From the NCBI GenBank assembly GCA_964016885.1, contig OZ024757.1, forward strand, positions 4,526,001 through 4,590,000: a DNA stretch of 64,000 bases, in the 5' to 3' direction. The notes beneath the pieces were generated by a model. The model was given only the letters and a program-made list of their open reading frames with translations. It searched no databases and was not told where the DNA came from. This document shows, piece by piece, positions 1 to 12,737 of this stretch (positions are counted from its first letter, which is position 1; every line of letters starts with the position of its first letter). The position numbers were made by a program, and so were the translations under genes. This DNA comes from Eledone cirrhosa (Eukaryota).

Positions 1-3000
1 GAGAGATAGGACCTCCTTCACTAGGTGAGAGGGAGAGAGAGATAGGACCTCCTTCACTAGGTCAGAGAGAGAGATAGGACCTCCTTCACTAGGTGTGAGA
101 GAGAGAGATAGTATCTCCTTCACTAGGTGAGAGAGAGAGAGAAAGGACCTTCTTCACTAGGTGAGAGAGAGAGAGATAGGACCTCCTTCACTAGGTGTGA
201 GAGAGAGATAGGACCTCCTTCACTAGGTGAGAGAGAGAGATAGGACCTCCTTCACTAGGTGTGAGAGAGAGAGATAGGATCTCCTTCACTAGGTGTGAGA
301 GATAGAGATAGGACCTCCTTCACTAGGTGAGAGGGAGAGACAGATAGGACCTCCTTCACTAGGTGAGAGAGAGAGAGAGATAGGACCTCCTTCACAAGGT
401 GAGAGAGAGACATAGGACCTCGTTAACTAGGTGTTAGAGAGAGATAGGACCTTCTTCACTAGGTGTGAGAGAGAGATAGGATCTCCTTCACTAGGTGAGA
501 GGGAGAGAGAGATAGGACCTCCTTCACTAGGTGAGAGAGAGAGATAGGACCTTCTTCACTAGGTGAGAGAGAGAGATATGATCTCCTTCACTAGGTGAGA
601 GAGAGAGATAGGACCTCCTTCACTAGGTGTGAGAGAGAGAGATAGGATCTCCTTCACTAGTTGAGAGAGAGAGAGAGATAGGATCTCCTTCACTAGTTGA
701 GAGAGCGAGAGATAGGATCTCCTTCACTAGTTGAGAGAGAGAGAGATAGGATCTCCTTCACTAGGTGTGTGAGAGAGATAGGATCTCCTTCATTAGGTGT
801 GTGAGAGAGATAGGATCTCCTTCACTAGGTGTGTGAGAGACATAGGATCTCCTTCACTAGGTGTGAGAGAGATAGGACCTCCTTCACTAGGTGTGTGAGA
901 GAGAGATAGGATCTCCTTCACTAGGTGTGTGAGAGAGATAGGATCTCCTTCACTAGTTGAGAGAGAGAGAGATAGGATCTCCTTCACTAGGTGTGTGAGA
1001 GAGATAGGATCTCCTTCACTAGGTGTGTGAGAGAGATAGGACCTCCTTCACTAGGTGAGAGAGAGAGAGATATAGGATCTCCTTCACTAGGTGAGAGAGA
1101 GAGAGATAGGACCTCCTTCACTAGGTGAGAGAGAGAGAGATAGGATCTCCTTCACTAGTTGAGAGAGAGATAGGACCTCCTTCACTAGGTGAGAGAGAGA
1201 GATAGGACCTCCTTCACTAGTTGAGAGAGAGATAGGACCTCCTTCACTAGGTGAGAGAGAGATAGGACCTCCTTCACCAGGTGTGAGTGAGAGAGATAGG
1301 ACCTCCTTCACTAGGTGAGGGAGAGAGAGATAGGACCTCCTTCACTAGGTGAGAGAGAGATAGGACCTCCTTCACTAGTTGAGCGAGAGAGAGAGATAGG
1401 ACCTCCTTCACTAGGTGTGAGTGAGAGAGATAGGATCTCCTTCACTAGGTGAGAAACAGAGAGATAGGACCTCCTTCACTAGGTGAGAGAGAGAGAGATA
1501 GGACCTCCTTCACTAGGTGTGAGAGAGAGAGATAGGACCTCCTTCACTAGGTGAGAGAGAGAGAGAGATAGGATCTCCTTCACTAGGTGAGAGAGAGAGA
1601 GAGAGAGATAGGACCTCCTTCACTAGTTGAGAGAGAGATAGGACCTCCTTCACTAGTTGAGAGAGAGATAGGACCTCCTTCACTAGGTGAGAGGGAGAGA
1701 GATAGGACCTCCTTCACTAGGTGAGAGAGAGAGAGAGATAGGACCTCCTTCACTAGGTGAGAGAGATATAGGACCTTCTTCACTAGGTGAGAGAGAGAGA
1801 GATAGGACCTCCTTCACTAGGTGAGAGGGAGAGAGAGATAGGACCTCCTTCACTAGGTGAGAGAGAGAGATATGACCTCCTTCACTAGGTGAGAGAGAGA
1901 GAGATAGGATCTCCTTCACTAGGTGAGAGAGAGAGAGATGGGACCTTCTTCACTAGGTGAGAGAGAGAGAGATAGGACCTCCTTCACTAGGTGAGAGAGA
2001 GAGAGATAGGACCTCCTTCACTAGGTGTGAGAGAGAGAGATAGGACCTCCTTCACTAGGTGAGAGAGAGAGATAGGACCTCCTTCACTAGGTGTGAGAGA
2101 GAGATAGGATCTCCTTCACTAGGTGTGAGAGATAGAGATAGGACCTCCTTCAATAGGTGAGAGGGAGAGACAGATAGGACCTCCTTCACTAGGTGAGAGA
2201 GAGAGATAGGACCTCCTTCACAAGGTGAGAGAGAGAGATAGGACCTCCTTCACTAGGTGTTAGAGAGAGATAGGACCTTCTTCACTAGGTGTGAGAGAGA
2301 GATGGGATCTCCTTCACTAGATGAGAGGGAGAGAGAGATAGGACCTCCTTCACTAGGTGAGAGAGAGAGATAGGACCTCCTTCACTAGGTGAGAGAGAGA
2401 GATATGACCTCCTTCACTAGGTGAGAGAGAGAGATAGGATCTCCTTCACTAGGTGTGAGAGAGAGATAGGATCTCCTTCACTAGGTGAGAGGGAGAGAGA
2501 GATAGGACCTCCTTCACTAGGTGAGAGAGAGAGATAGGACCTCCTTCACTAGGTGAGAGAGAGAGATATGACCTCCTTCACTAGGTGAGAGAGAGAGATA
2601 GGATCTCCTTCACTAGGTGAGAGAGAGAGAGAGAGAGAGAGAGATAGGACCTCCTTCACTAGGTGTGAGAGAGAGAGATAGGATCTCCTTCACTAGTTGA
2701 GAGAGAGAGAGAGATAGGATCTCCTTCACTAGTTGAGAGAGAGAGAGATAGGATCTCCTTCACTAGGTGTGTGAGAGAGATAGGATCTCCTTCACTAGTT
2801 GAGAGAGAGAGAGATAGGATCTCCTTCACTAGGTGCGTGAGAGAGATAGGATCTCCTTCACTAGGTGTGTGAGAGAGATAGGATCTCCTTCACTAGGTGT
2901 GAGAGAGATAGGATCTCCTTCACTAGGTGTGAGAGAGATAGGATCTCCTTCACTAGGTGTGTGAGAGAGATAGGATCTCCTTCACTAGTTGAGAGAGAGA

Positions 3001-6000
3001 GAGATAGGATCTCCTTCACTAGGTGTGTGAGAGAGATAGGATCTCCTTCACTAGGTGTGTGAGAGAGATAGGACCTCCTTCACTAGGTGTGAGAGAGAGA
3101 GATAGGATCTCCTTTACTAGTTGAGAGAGAGAGATAGGATCTCCTTCACTAGTTGAGAGAGAGAGATAGGATCTCCTTCACTAGGTGAGAGAGAGAGAGA
3201 GATAGGACCTCCTTCAGTAGTTGAGAGAGAGAGAGATAGGATCTCCTTCACTAGGTGAGAGAGAGAGAGATAGGATCTTCTTCACTAGGTGAGAGAGAGA
3301 GAGAGATAAGACCTCCTTCACTAGGTGTGAGAGAGAGAGATAGGATCTCCTTCACTAGGTGAGAGAGAGATAGGACCTCCTTCAGTAGTTGAGAGAGAGA
3401 GAGATAGGATCTCCTTCACTAGTTGAGAGAGAGAGAGATAGGATCTCCTTCACTAGGTGAGAGAGAGAGAGAGATAGGACCACCTTCACCAGGTGTGAGA
3501 GAGAGAGATAGGATCTCCTTCACTAGGTGAGAGAGAGAGAGAGAGAGATATAGGACCTGCTTCACTAGGTGAGAGAGAGAGAGAGATAGGACCTTCTTCA
3601 CTAGTTGAGAGAGAGAGAGATAGAATCTCCTTCACTAGTTGAGAGAGAGAGAGATAGGATCTCCTTCACTAGGTGAGAGAGAGAGAGAGATAGGACCTCC
3701 TTCACTAGGTGTGAGAGAGAGAGATAGAATCTCCTTCACTAGGTGAGAGAGAGAGATAGGACCTCCTTCACTAATTGAGTGAGGGAGAGATAGGATCTCC
3801 TTCACTAGTTGAGAGAGAGAGAGATAGGACCTGCTTCACTAGTTGAGAGAGAGAGAGATAGGATCTCCTTCACTAGGTGAGAGAGAGAGAGATAGGATCT
3901 CCTTCACTAGGTGAGAGGGAGAGATAGGATCTCCTTCACTAGGTGAGAGAGAGAGATAGGATCTCCTTCACTAGGTGAGAGAGAGAAAGATAGGACCTCC
4001 TTCACTAGGTGAGAGAGAGAGAGAGATAGGATCTCCTTCACTAGGCGAGAGAGAGAGAGATAGGATCTCCTTCACTAGGTGAGAGAGAGAGAGATAGGAT
4101 CTCCTTCACTAGGTGAGAGAGAGAGAGAGATAGGACCTCCTTCACTAGTTGAGAGAGAGAGAGAGAGATAAGACCCCCTTCACTAGTTGAGAGAGAGATA
4201 GGATCTCCTTCACTAGGTGTGAGAGAGAGAGATAGGATCTCCTTCACTAGGTGTGAGAGAGAGAGAGATAGGACCTCCTTCACTAGGTGTGAGAGAGAGA
4301 GATAGGATCTCCTTCACTAGGTGTGAGAGAGAGAGATAGGACCTCCTTCACTAGGTGTGAGAGAGAGATAGGACCTCCTTCACAAGGTGTGAGAGAGAGA
4401 GATCGGATCTCCTTCACTAGGTGAGAGAGAGAGATAGGACCTCCTTCACTAGGTGTGAGAGAGAGATAGGACCTCCTTCACTAGGTGTGAGAGATAGAGA
4501 TAGGACCTCCTTCACTAGGTGAGAGAGAGAGAGAGATATGACCTCCTTCACTAGGTGTGAGAGAGAGAGAGATAGGATCTCCTTCACTAGGTGTGAGAGA
4601 GAGATAGGACCTCCTTCACTAGATGTGAGAGAGAGATAGGATCTCCTTCACTAGGTGAGAGAGAGAGAGAGATATGACCTACTTCACTAGGTGTGAGAGA
4701 GAGAGATAGGATCTCCTTCACTAGGTGTGAGAGAGAGATAGGATCTCCTTCACTAGTTGAGAGAGAGAGAGAGAGATAGGACCTCCTTCACTAGGTGTGA
4801 GAGAGAGAGATAGGATCTCCTTCACTAGTTGAAAGAGAGAGAGAGATAGGACCTCCTTCACTAGGTGTGAGAGAGAGAGATAGGATCTCCTTCACTAGTT
4901 GAGAGAGAGAGAGAGAGGACCTCCGTCACTAGGTGTGAGAGAGAGAGAGAGATAGGACCTCCTTCACTAGGTGTGAGAGAGAGAGATAGGATCTCCTTCA
5001 CTAGTTGTGAGAGAGAGATAGTACCTCCTTCACTAGGTGTGAGAGAGAGAGATAGGATCTCCTTCACTAGTTGAGAGAGAGAGAGATATAGGATCTCCTT
5101 TACTAGGTGTGAGAGAGAGAGATAGGATCTCCTTCGCTAGGTGTGAGAGAGAGATAGGACCTCCTTCACTAGGTGTGAGAGAGAGAGATAGGATCTCCTT
5201 CACTAGTTGAGAGAGAGAGAGAGATAGGACCTCCTTCACTAGGTGTGAGAGATAGAGATAGGACCTCCTTCACTAGGTGAGAGAGAGAGAGAGATATGAC
5301 CTCCTTCACTAGGTGTGAGAGAGAGAGAGATAGGATCTCCTTCACTAGGTGAGAGAGAGAGATATGACCTCCTTCACTAGTTGAGAGAGAGAGAGAGATA
5401 GGATCTCCTTCACTAGGTGAGAGAGAGAGATAGGATCTCCTTCACTAGTTGAGAGAGAGAGAGAGAAAGGACCTCCGTCACTAGGTGTGAGAGAGAGAGA
5501 GAGAGAGAGATAGGACCTCCTTCACTAGGTGTGAGAGAGAGAGATAGGATCTCCTTCACTAGTTGTGAGAGAGAGATAGGACCTCCTTCACTAGGTGTGA
5601 GAGAGAGAGAGATAGGATCTCCTTTACTAGGTGTGAGAGAGAGAGATAGGATCTCCTTCGCTAGGTGTGAGAGAGAGATAGGACCTCCTTCACTAGGTGT
5701 GAGAGAGAGAGATAGGATCTCCTTCACTAGGTGAGAGAGAGAGAGAGATAGGATCTCCTTCACTAGTTGAGAGAGAGAGAGAGAGAGAGATAGGATCTCC
5801 TTCACTAGTTGAGAGAGCGAGAGATAGGATCTCCTTCACTAGTTGAGAGAGAGAGAGATAGGATCTCCTTCACTAGGTGTGTGAGAGAGATAGGATCTCC
5901 TTCATTAGGTGTGTGAGAGAGATAGGATCTCCTTCACTAGGTGTGTGAGAGACATAGGATCTCCTTCACTAGGTGTGAGAGAGATAGGACCTCCTTCACT

Positions 6001-9000
6001 AGGTGTGTGAGAGAGAGATAGGATCTCCTTCACTAGGTGTGTGAGAGAGATAGGATCTCCTTCACTAGTTGAGAGAGAGAGAGATAGGATCTCCTTCACT
6101 AGGTGTGTGAGAGAGATAGGATCTCCTTCACTAGGTGTGTGAGAGAGATAGGACCTCCTTCACTAGGTGAGAGAGAGAGAGATATAGGATCTCCTTCACT
6201 AGGTGAGAGAGAGAGAGATAGGACCTCCTTCACTAGGTGAGAGAGAGAGAGATAGGATCTCCTTCACTAGTTGAGAGAGAGATAGGACCTCCTTCACTAG
6301 GTGAGAGAGAGAGATAGGACCTCCTTCACTAGTTGAGAGAGAGATAGGACCTCCTTCACTAGGTGAGAGAGAGATAGGACCTCCTTCACCAGGTGTGAGT
6401 GAGAGAGATAGGACCTCCTTCACTAGGTGAGGGAGAGAGAGATAGGACCTCCTTCACTAGGTGAGAGAGAGATAGGACCTCCTTCACTAGTTGAGCGAGA
6501 GAGAGAGATAGGACCTCCTTCACTAGGTGTGAGTGAGAGAGATAGGATCTCCTTCACTAGGTGAGAAACAGAGAGATAGGACCTCCTTCACTAGGTGAGA
6601 GAGAGAGAGATAGGACCTCCTTCACTAGGTGTGAGAGAGAGAGATAGGACCTCCTTCACTAGGTGAGAGAGAGAGAGAGATAGGATCTCCTTCACTAGGT
6701 GAGAGAGAGAGAGAGAGAGATAGGACCTCCTTCACTAGTTGAGAGAGAGATAGGACCTCCTTCACTAGTTGAGAGAGAGATAGGACCTCCTTCACTAGGT
6801 GAGAGGGAGAGAGATAGGACCTCCTTCACTAGGTGAGAGAGAGAGAGAGATAGGACCTCCTTCACTAGGTGAGAGAGATATAGGACCTTCTTCACTAGGT
6901 GAGAGAGAGAGAGATAGGACCTCCTTCACTAGGTGAGAGGGAGAGAGAGATAGGACCTCCTTCACTAGGTGAGAGAGAGAGATAGGACCTCCTTCACTAG
7001 GTGAGAGAGAGAGAGATAGGATCTCCTTCACTAGGTGAGAGAGAGAGAGATGGGACCTTCTTCACTAGGTGAGAGAGAGAGAGATAGGACCTCCTTCACT
7101 AGGTGAGAGAGAGAGAGATAGGACCTCCTTCACTAGGTGTGAGAGAGAGAGATAGGACCTCCTTCACTAGGTGAGAGAGAGAGATAGGACCTCCTTCACT
7201 AGGTGTGAGAGAGAGATAGGATCTCCTTCACTAGGTGTGAGAGATAGAGATAGGACCTCCTTCAATAGGTGAGAGGGAGAGACAGATAGGACCTCCTTCA
7301 CTAGGTGAGAGAGAGAGATAGGACCTCCTTCACAAGGTGAGAGAGAGAGATAGGACCTCCTTCACTAGGTGTTAGAGAGAGATAGGACCTTCTTCACTAG
7401 GTGTGAGAGAGAGATGGGATCTCCTTCACTAGATGAGAGGGAGAGAGAGATAGGACCTCCTTCACTAGGTGAGAGAGAGAGATAGGACCTCCTTCACTAG
7501 GTGAGAGAGAGAGATATGACCTCCTTCACTAGGTGAGAGAGAGAGATAGGATCTCCTTCACTAGGTGTGAGAGAGAGATAGGATCTCCTTCACTAGGTGA
7601 GAGGGAGAGAGAGATAGGACCTCCTTCACTAGGTGAGAGAGAGAGATAGGACCTCCTTCACTAGGTGAGAGAGAGAGATATGACCTCCTTCACTAGGTGA
7701 GAGAGAGAGATAGGATCTCCTTCACTAGGTGAGAGAGAGAGAGAGAGAGAGAGATAGGACCTCCTTCACTAGGTGTGAGAGAGAGAGATAGGATCTCCTT
7801 CACTAGTTGAGAGAGAGAGAGAGATAGGATCTCCTTCACTAGTTGAGAGAGAGAGAGATAGGATCTCCTTCACTAGGTGTGTGAGAGAGATAGGATCTCC
7901 TTCACTAGTTGAGAGAGAGAGAGATAGGATCTCCTTCACTAGGTGCGTGAGAGAGATAGGATCTCCTTCACTAGGTGTGTGAGAGAGATAGGATCTCCTT
8001 CACTAGGTGTGAGAGAGATAGGATCTCCTTCACTAGGTGTGAGAGAGATAGGATCTCCTTCACTAGGTGTGTGAGAGAGATAGGATCTCCTTCACTAGTT
8101 GAGAGAGAGAGAGATAGGATCTCCTTCACTAGGTGTGTGAGAGAGATAGGATCTCCTTCACTAGGTGTGTGAGAGAGATAGGACCTCCTTCACTAGGTGT
8201 GAGAGAGAGAGATAGGATCTCCTTTACTAGTTGAGAGAGAGAGATAGGATCTCCTTCACTAGTTGAGAGAGAGAGATAGGATCTCCTTCACTAGGTGAGA
8301 GAGAGAGAGAGATAGGACCTCCTTCAGTAGTTGAGAGAGAGAGAGATAGGATCTCCTTCACTAGGTGAGAGAGAGAGAGATAGGATCTTCTTCACTAGGT
8401 GAGAGAGAGAGAGAGATAAGACCTCCTTCACTAGGTGTGAGAGAGAGAGATAGGATCTCCTTCACTAGGTGAGAGAGAGATAGGACCTCCTTCAGTAGTT
8501 GAGAGAGAGAGAGATAGGATCTCCTTCACTAGTTGAGAGAGAGAGAGATAGGATCTCCTTCACTAGGTGAGAGAGAGAGAGAGATAGGACCACCTTCACC
8601 AGGTGTGAGAGAGAGAGATAGGATCTCCTTCACTAGGTGAGAGAGAGAGAGAGAGAGATATAGGACCTGCTTCACTAGGTGAGAGAGAGAGAGAGATAGG
8701 ACCTTCTTCACTAGTTGAGAGAGAGAGAGATAGAATCTCCTTCACTAGTTGAGAGAGAGAGAGATAGGATCTCCTTCACTAGGTGAGAGAGAGAGAGAGA
8801 TAGGACCTCCTTCACTAGGTGTGAGAGAGAGAGATAGAATCTCCTTCACTAGGTGAGAGAGAGAGATAGGACCTCCTTCACTAATTGAGTGAGGGAGAGA
8901 TAGGATCTCCTTCACTAGTTGAGAGAGAGAGAGATAGGACCTGCTTCACTAGTTGAGAGAGAGAGAGATAGGATCTCCTTCACTAGGTGAGAGAGAGAGA

Positions 9001-12000
9001 GATAGGATCTCCTTCACTAGGTGAGAGGGAGAGATAGGATCTCCTTCACTAGGTGAGAGAGAGAGATAGGATCTCCTTCACTAGGTGAGAGAGAGAAAGA
9101 TAGGACCTCCTTCACTAGGTGAGAGAGAGAGAGAGATAGGATCTCCTTCACTAGGCGAGAGAGAGAGAGATAGGATCTCCTTCACTAGGTGAGAGAGAGA
9201 GAGATAGGATCTCCTTCACTAGGTGAGAGAGAGAGAGAGATAGGACCTCCTTCACTAGTTGAGAGAGAGAGAGAGAGATAAGACCCCCTTCACTAGTTGA
9301 GAGAGAGATAGGATCTCCTTCACTAGGTGTGAGAGAGAGAGATAGGATCTCCTTCACTAGGTGTGAGAGAGAGAGAGATAGGACCTCCTTCACTAGGTGT
9401 GAGAGAGAGAGATAGGATCTCCTTCACTAGGTGTGAGAGAGAGAGATAGGACCTCCTTCACTAGGTGTGAGAGAGAGATAGGACCTCCTTCACAAGGTGT
9501 GAGAGAGAGAGATCGGATCTCCTTCACTAGGTGAGAGAGAGAGATAGGACCTCCTTCACTAGGTGTGAGAGAGAGATAGGACCTCCTTCACTAGGTGTGA
9601 GAGATAGAGATAGGACCTCCTTCACTAGGTGAGAGAGAGAGAGAGATATGACCTCCTTCACTAGGTGTGAGAGAGAGAGAGATAGGATCTCCTTCACTAG
9701 GTGTGAGAGAGAGATAGGACCTCCTTCACTAGATGTGAGAGAGAGATAGGATCTCCTTCACTAGGTGAGAGAGAGAGAGAGATATGACCTACTTCACTAG
9801 GTGTGAGAGAGAGAGATAGGATCTCCTTCACTAGGTGTGAGAGAGAGATAGGATCTCCTTCACTAGTTGAGAGAGAGAGAGAGAGATAGGACCTCCTTCA
9901 CTAGGTGTGAGAGAGAGAGATAGGATCTCCTTCACTAGTTGAAAGAGAGAGAGAGATAGGACCTCCTTCACTAGGTGTGAGAGAGAGAGATAGGATCTCC
10001 TTCACTAGTTGAGAGAGAGAGAGAGAGGACCTCCGTCACTAGGTGTGAGAGAGAGAGAGAGATAGGACCTCCTTCACTAGGTGTGAGAGAGAGAGATAGG
10101 ATCTCCTTCACTAGTTGTGAGAGAGAGATAGTACCTCCTTCACTAGGTGTGAGAGAGAGAGATAGGATCTCCTTCACTAGTTGAGAGAGAGAGAGATATA
10201 GGATCTCCTTTACTAGGTGTGAGAGAGAGAGATAGGATCTCCTTCGCTAGGTGTGAGAGAGAGATAGGACCTCCTTCACTAGGTGTGAGAGAGAGAGATA
10301 GGATCTCCTTCACTAGTTGAGAGAGAGAGAGAGATAGGACCTCCTTCACTAGGTGTGAGAGATAGAGATAGGACCTCCTTCACTAGGTGAGAGAGAGAGA
10401 GAGATATGACCTCCTTCACTAGGTGTGAGAGAGAGAGAGATAGGATCTCCTTCACTAGGTGAGAGAGAGAGATATGACCTCCTTCACTAGTTGAGAGAGA
10501 GAGAGAGATAGGATCTCCTTCACTAGGTGAGAGAGAGAGATAGGATCTCCTTCACTAGTTGAGAGAGAGAGAGAGAAAGGACCTCCGTCACTAGGTGTGA
10601 GAGAGAGAGAGAGAGAGAGATAGGACCTCCTTCACTAGGTGTGAGAGAGAGAGATAGGATCTCCTTCACTAGTTGTGAGAGAGAGATAGGACCTCCTTCA
10701 CTAGGTGTGAGAGAGAGAGAGATAGGATCTCCTTTACTAGGTGTGAGAGAGAGAGATAGGATCTCCTTCGCTAGGTGTGAGAGAGAGATAGGACCTCCTT
10801 CACTAGGTGTGAGAGAGAGAGATAGGATCTCCTTCACTAGGTGAGAGAGAGAGAGAGATAGGATCTCCTTCACTAGTTGAGAGAGAGAGAGAGAGAGAGA
10901 TAGGATCTCCTTCACTAGGTGAGAGAGAGAGATAGGATCTCCTTCACTAGGTGAGAGAGAGAGATAGGATCTCCTTCACTAGGTGAGAGAGAGAGATAGG
11001 ATCTCCTTCACTAGGTGAGAGAGAGAGAGAGATAGGACCTCCTTCACTAGGTGTGAGAGAGAGAGATAGGATCTCCTTCACTAGGTGTGAGAGAGAGATA
11101 GGACCTCCTTCACTAGGTGTGAGAGAGAGAGATAGGATCTACTTCACTAGTTGAGAGAGAGAGAGAGATAGGATCTCCTTCACTAGGTGTGAGAGAGAGA
11201 GATAGGACCTCCTTCACTAGTTGAGAGAAAGAGATAGGACCTCCTTCACTAGTTGAGAGAGAGAGAGAGATAGGACCTCCTTCACTAGGTGTGAGAGAGA
11301 GAGATAGGATCTCCTTCACTAGTTGAGAGAGAGAGAGAGATAGGACCTCCTTCACTAGGTGTGAGAGAGAGAGATAGAACCTCCTTCACTAGGTGTGAGA
11401 GAGAGAGATAGGACCTCCTTCACTAGGTGTGAGAGAGAGAGATAGGACCTCCTTCACTAGTTGAGAGAGACAGAGAGATAGGACCTCCTTCACCAGGTGT
11501 GAGAGAGAGAGATATGACCTCCTTCACTAGGTGTGAGAGAGAGAGAGATAGGACCTCCTTCACTAGGTGTGAGAGAGAGATAGGACCTCCTTCACTAGGT
11601 GTGAGAGAGAGATAGGATCTCCTTCACTAGGTGTGAGAGAGAGATAGGATCTCCTTCACTAGGTGAGAGAGAGAGAGAGATAGGACCTCCTTCACTATTT
11701 GAGAGAGAGAGAGATAAGATCTGCTTCACTAGGTGTGAGAGAGAGATAGGACCTCCTTCACTAGGTGTGAGAGAGAGAGATAGGATCTCCTAAACTAGTT
11801 GTGAGAGAGAGAGAGATAGGACCTCCTTCACTAGGTGAGAGAGAGAGATAGGACCTCCTTTACTAGGTGTGAGAGAGAGAGATAGGATCTCCTTCACTAG
11901 GTGTGAGAGAGAGAGATAGGACCTCCTTCACTAGGTGAGAGAGAGAGAGAGATAGGTCCTCCTTTACTAGGTGTGAGAGAGAGAGATAGGATCTCCTTCA

Positions 12001-12640
12001 CTAGGTGGGAGAGAGAGAGATAGGATCTCCTTCACTAGGTGTGAGAGAGAGAGATAGGATCTCCTTCACTAGGTGAGAGAGAGAGAGAGATAGGACCTCC
12101 TTCACTAGGTGTGAGAGAGAGAGATAGGACCTCGTTCACTAGGTGTGAGAGAGAGAGATAAAACCTCCTTCACTAGGTGTGAGAGAGAGAGATAGGATCT
12201 CCTTCACTAGATGTGAGAGAGAGAGAGAGATAGGACCTCCTTCACTAGGTGTGAGAGAGAGAGAGAGATAGGATCTCCTTCACTAGGTGTGAGAGAGAGA
12301 GAGAGAGAGAGAGAGATAGGACCTCGTTCACTAGGTGTGAGAGAGAGAGATAGGACCTCCTTCACTAGGTGTGAGAGAGAGATAGGACCCCCTTCACTAG
12401 GTGTGAGAGAGAGATAGGACCTCCTTCAGTAGGTGTGAGAGAGAGAGAGATAGGATCTCCTTCACTAGGTGAGAGAGAGATAGGATCTCCTTCACTAGGT
12501 GTGAGAGAGAGAGATAGGACCTCCTTCACTAGGTGTGAGAGAGAGAGATAGGACCTCTTTCACTAGGTGTGAGAGAGAGATAGGACTTCCTTCACTAGAT
12601 GAGAGACAGAGAGATAGGATCTCCTTCACTAGGTGTGTGA
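1..12640. repeat. Satellite A: ~30-40 bp unit, constant core TAGGAYCTCCTTCACTAGKT plus variable (GT)/(GA)n spacer
   Basis: Hundreds of tandem units seen directly. The array decays at about 12600-12735. The ORFs called here are repeat translations. Confidence 0.98.
690..10915. repeat. ~5.11 kb higher-order tandem duplication inside satellite A
   Basis: Rare variants recur at +5112/+5110, e.g. gagagcgaga C at 706 and 5818. ORF pairs 793/5905, 2865/7975 and 5413/10523 show the same offsets. Confidence 0.93.
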
Positions 12641-12737
12641 CAGAGGGAGAGAGAAAGGCAGAGAGAGAGAACCTTCATTACTAAATGTGAAAGGGAGGGA
12701 AGAAGAAAGAGAACGGATCTCTTTCACTAGATATGAG

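Noticed and set aside
793-11355. Many ORFs in satellite A (MKEILSLSL...)
   Set aside because: They are translations of the tandem repeat, with no coding signal.
1-12640. CRISPR-like look (constant core with variable spacer)
   Set aside because: The spacers are only (GA)n length variants, the context is eukaryotic, and there are no cas genes.
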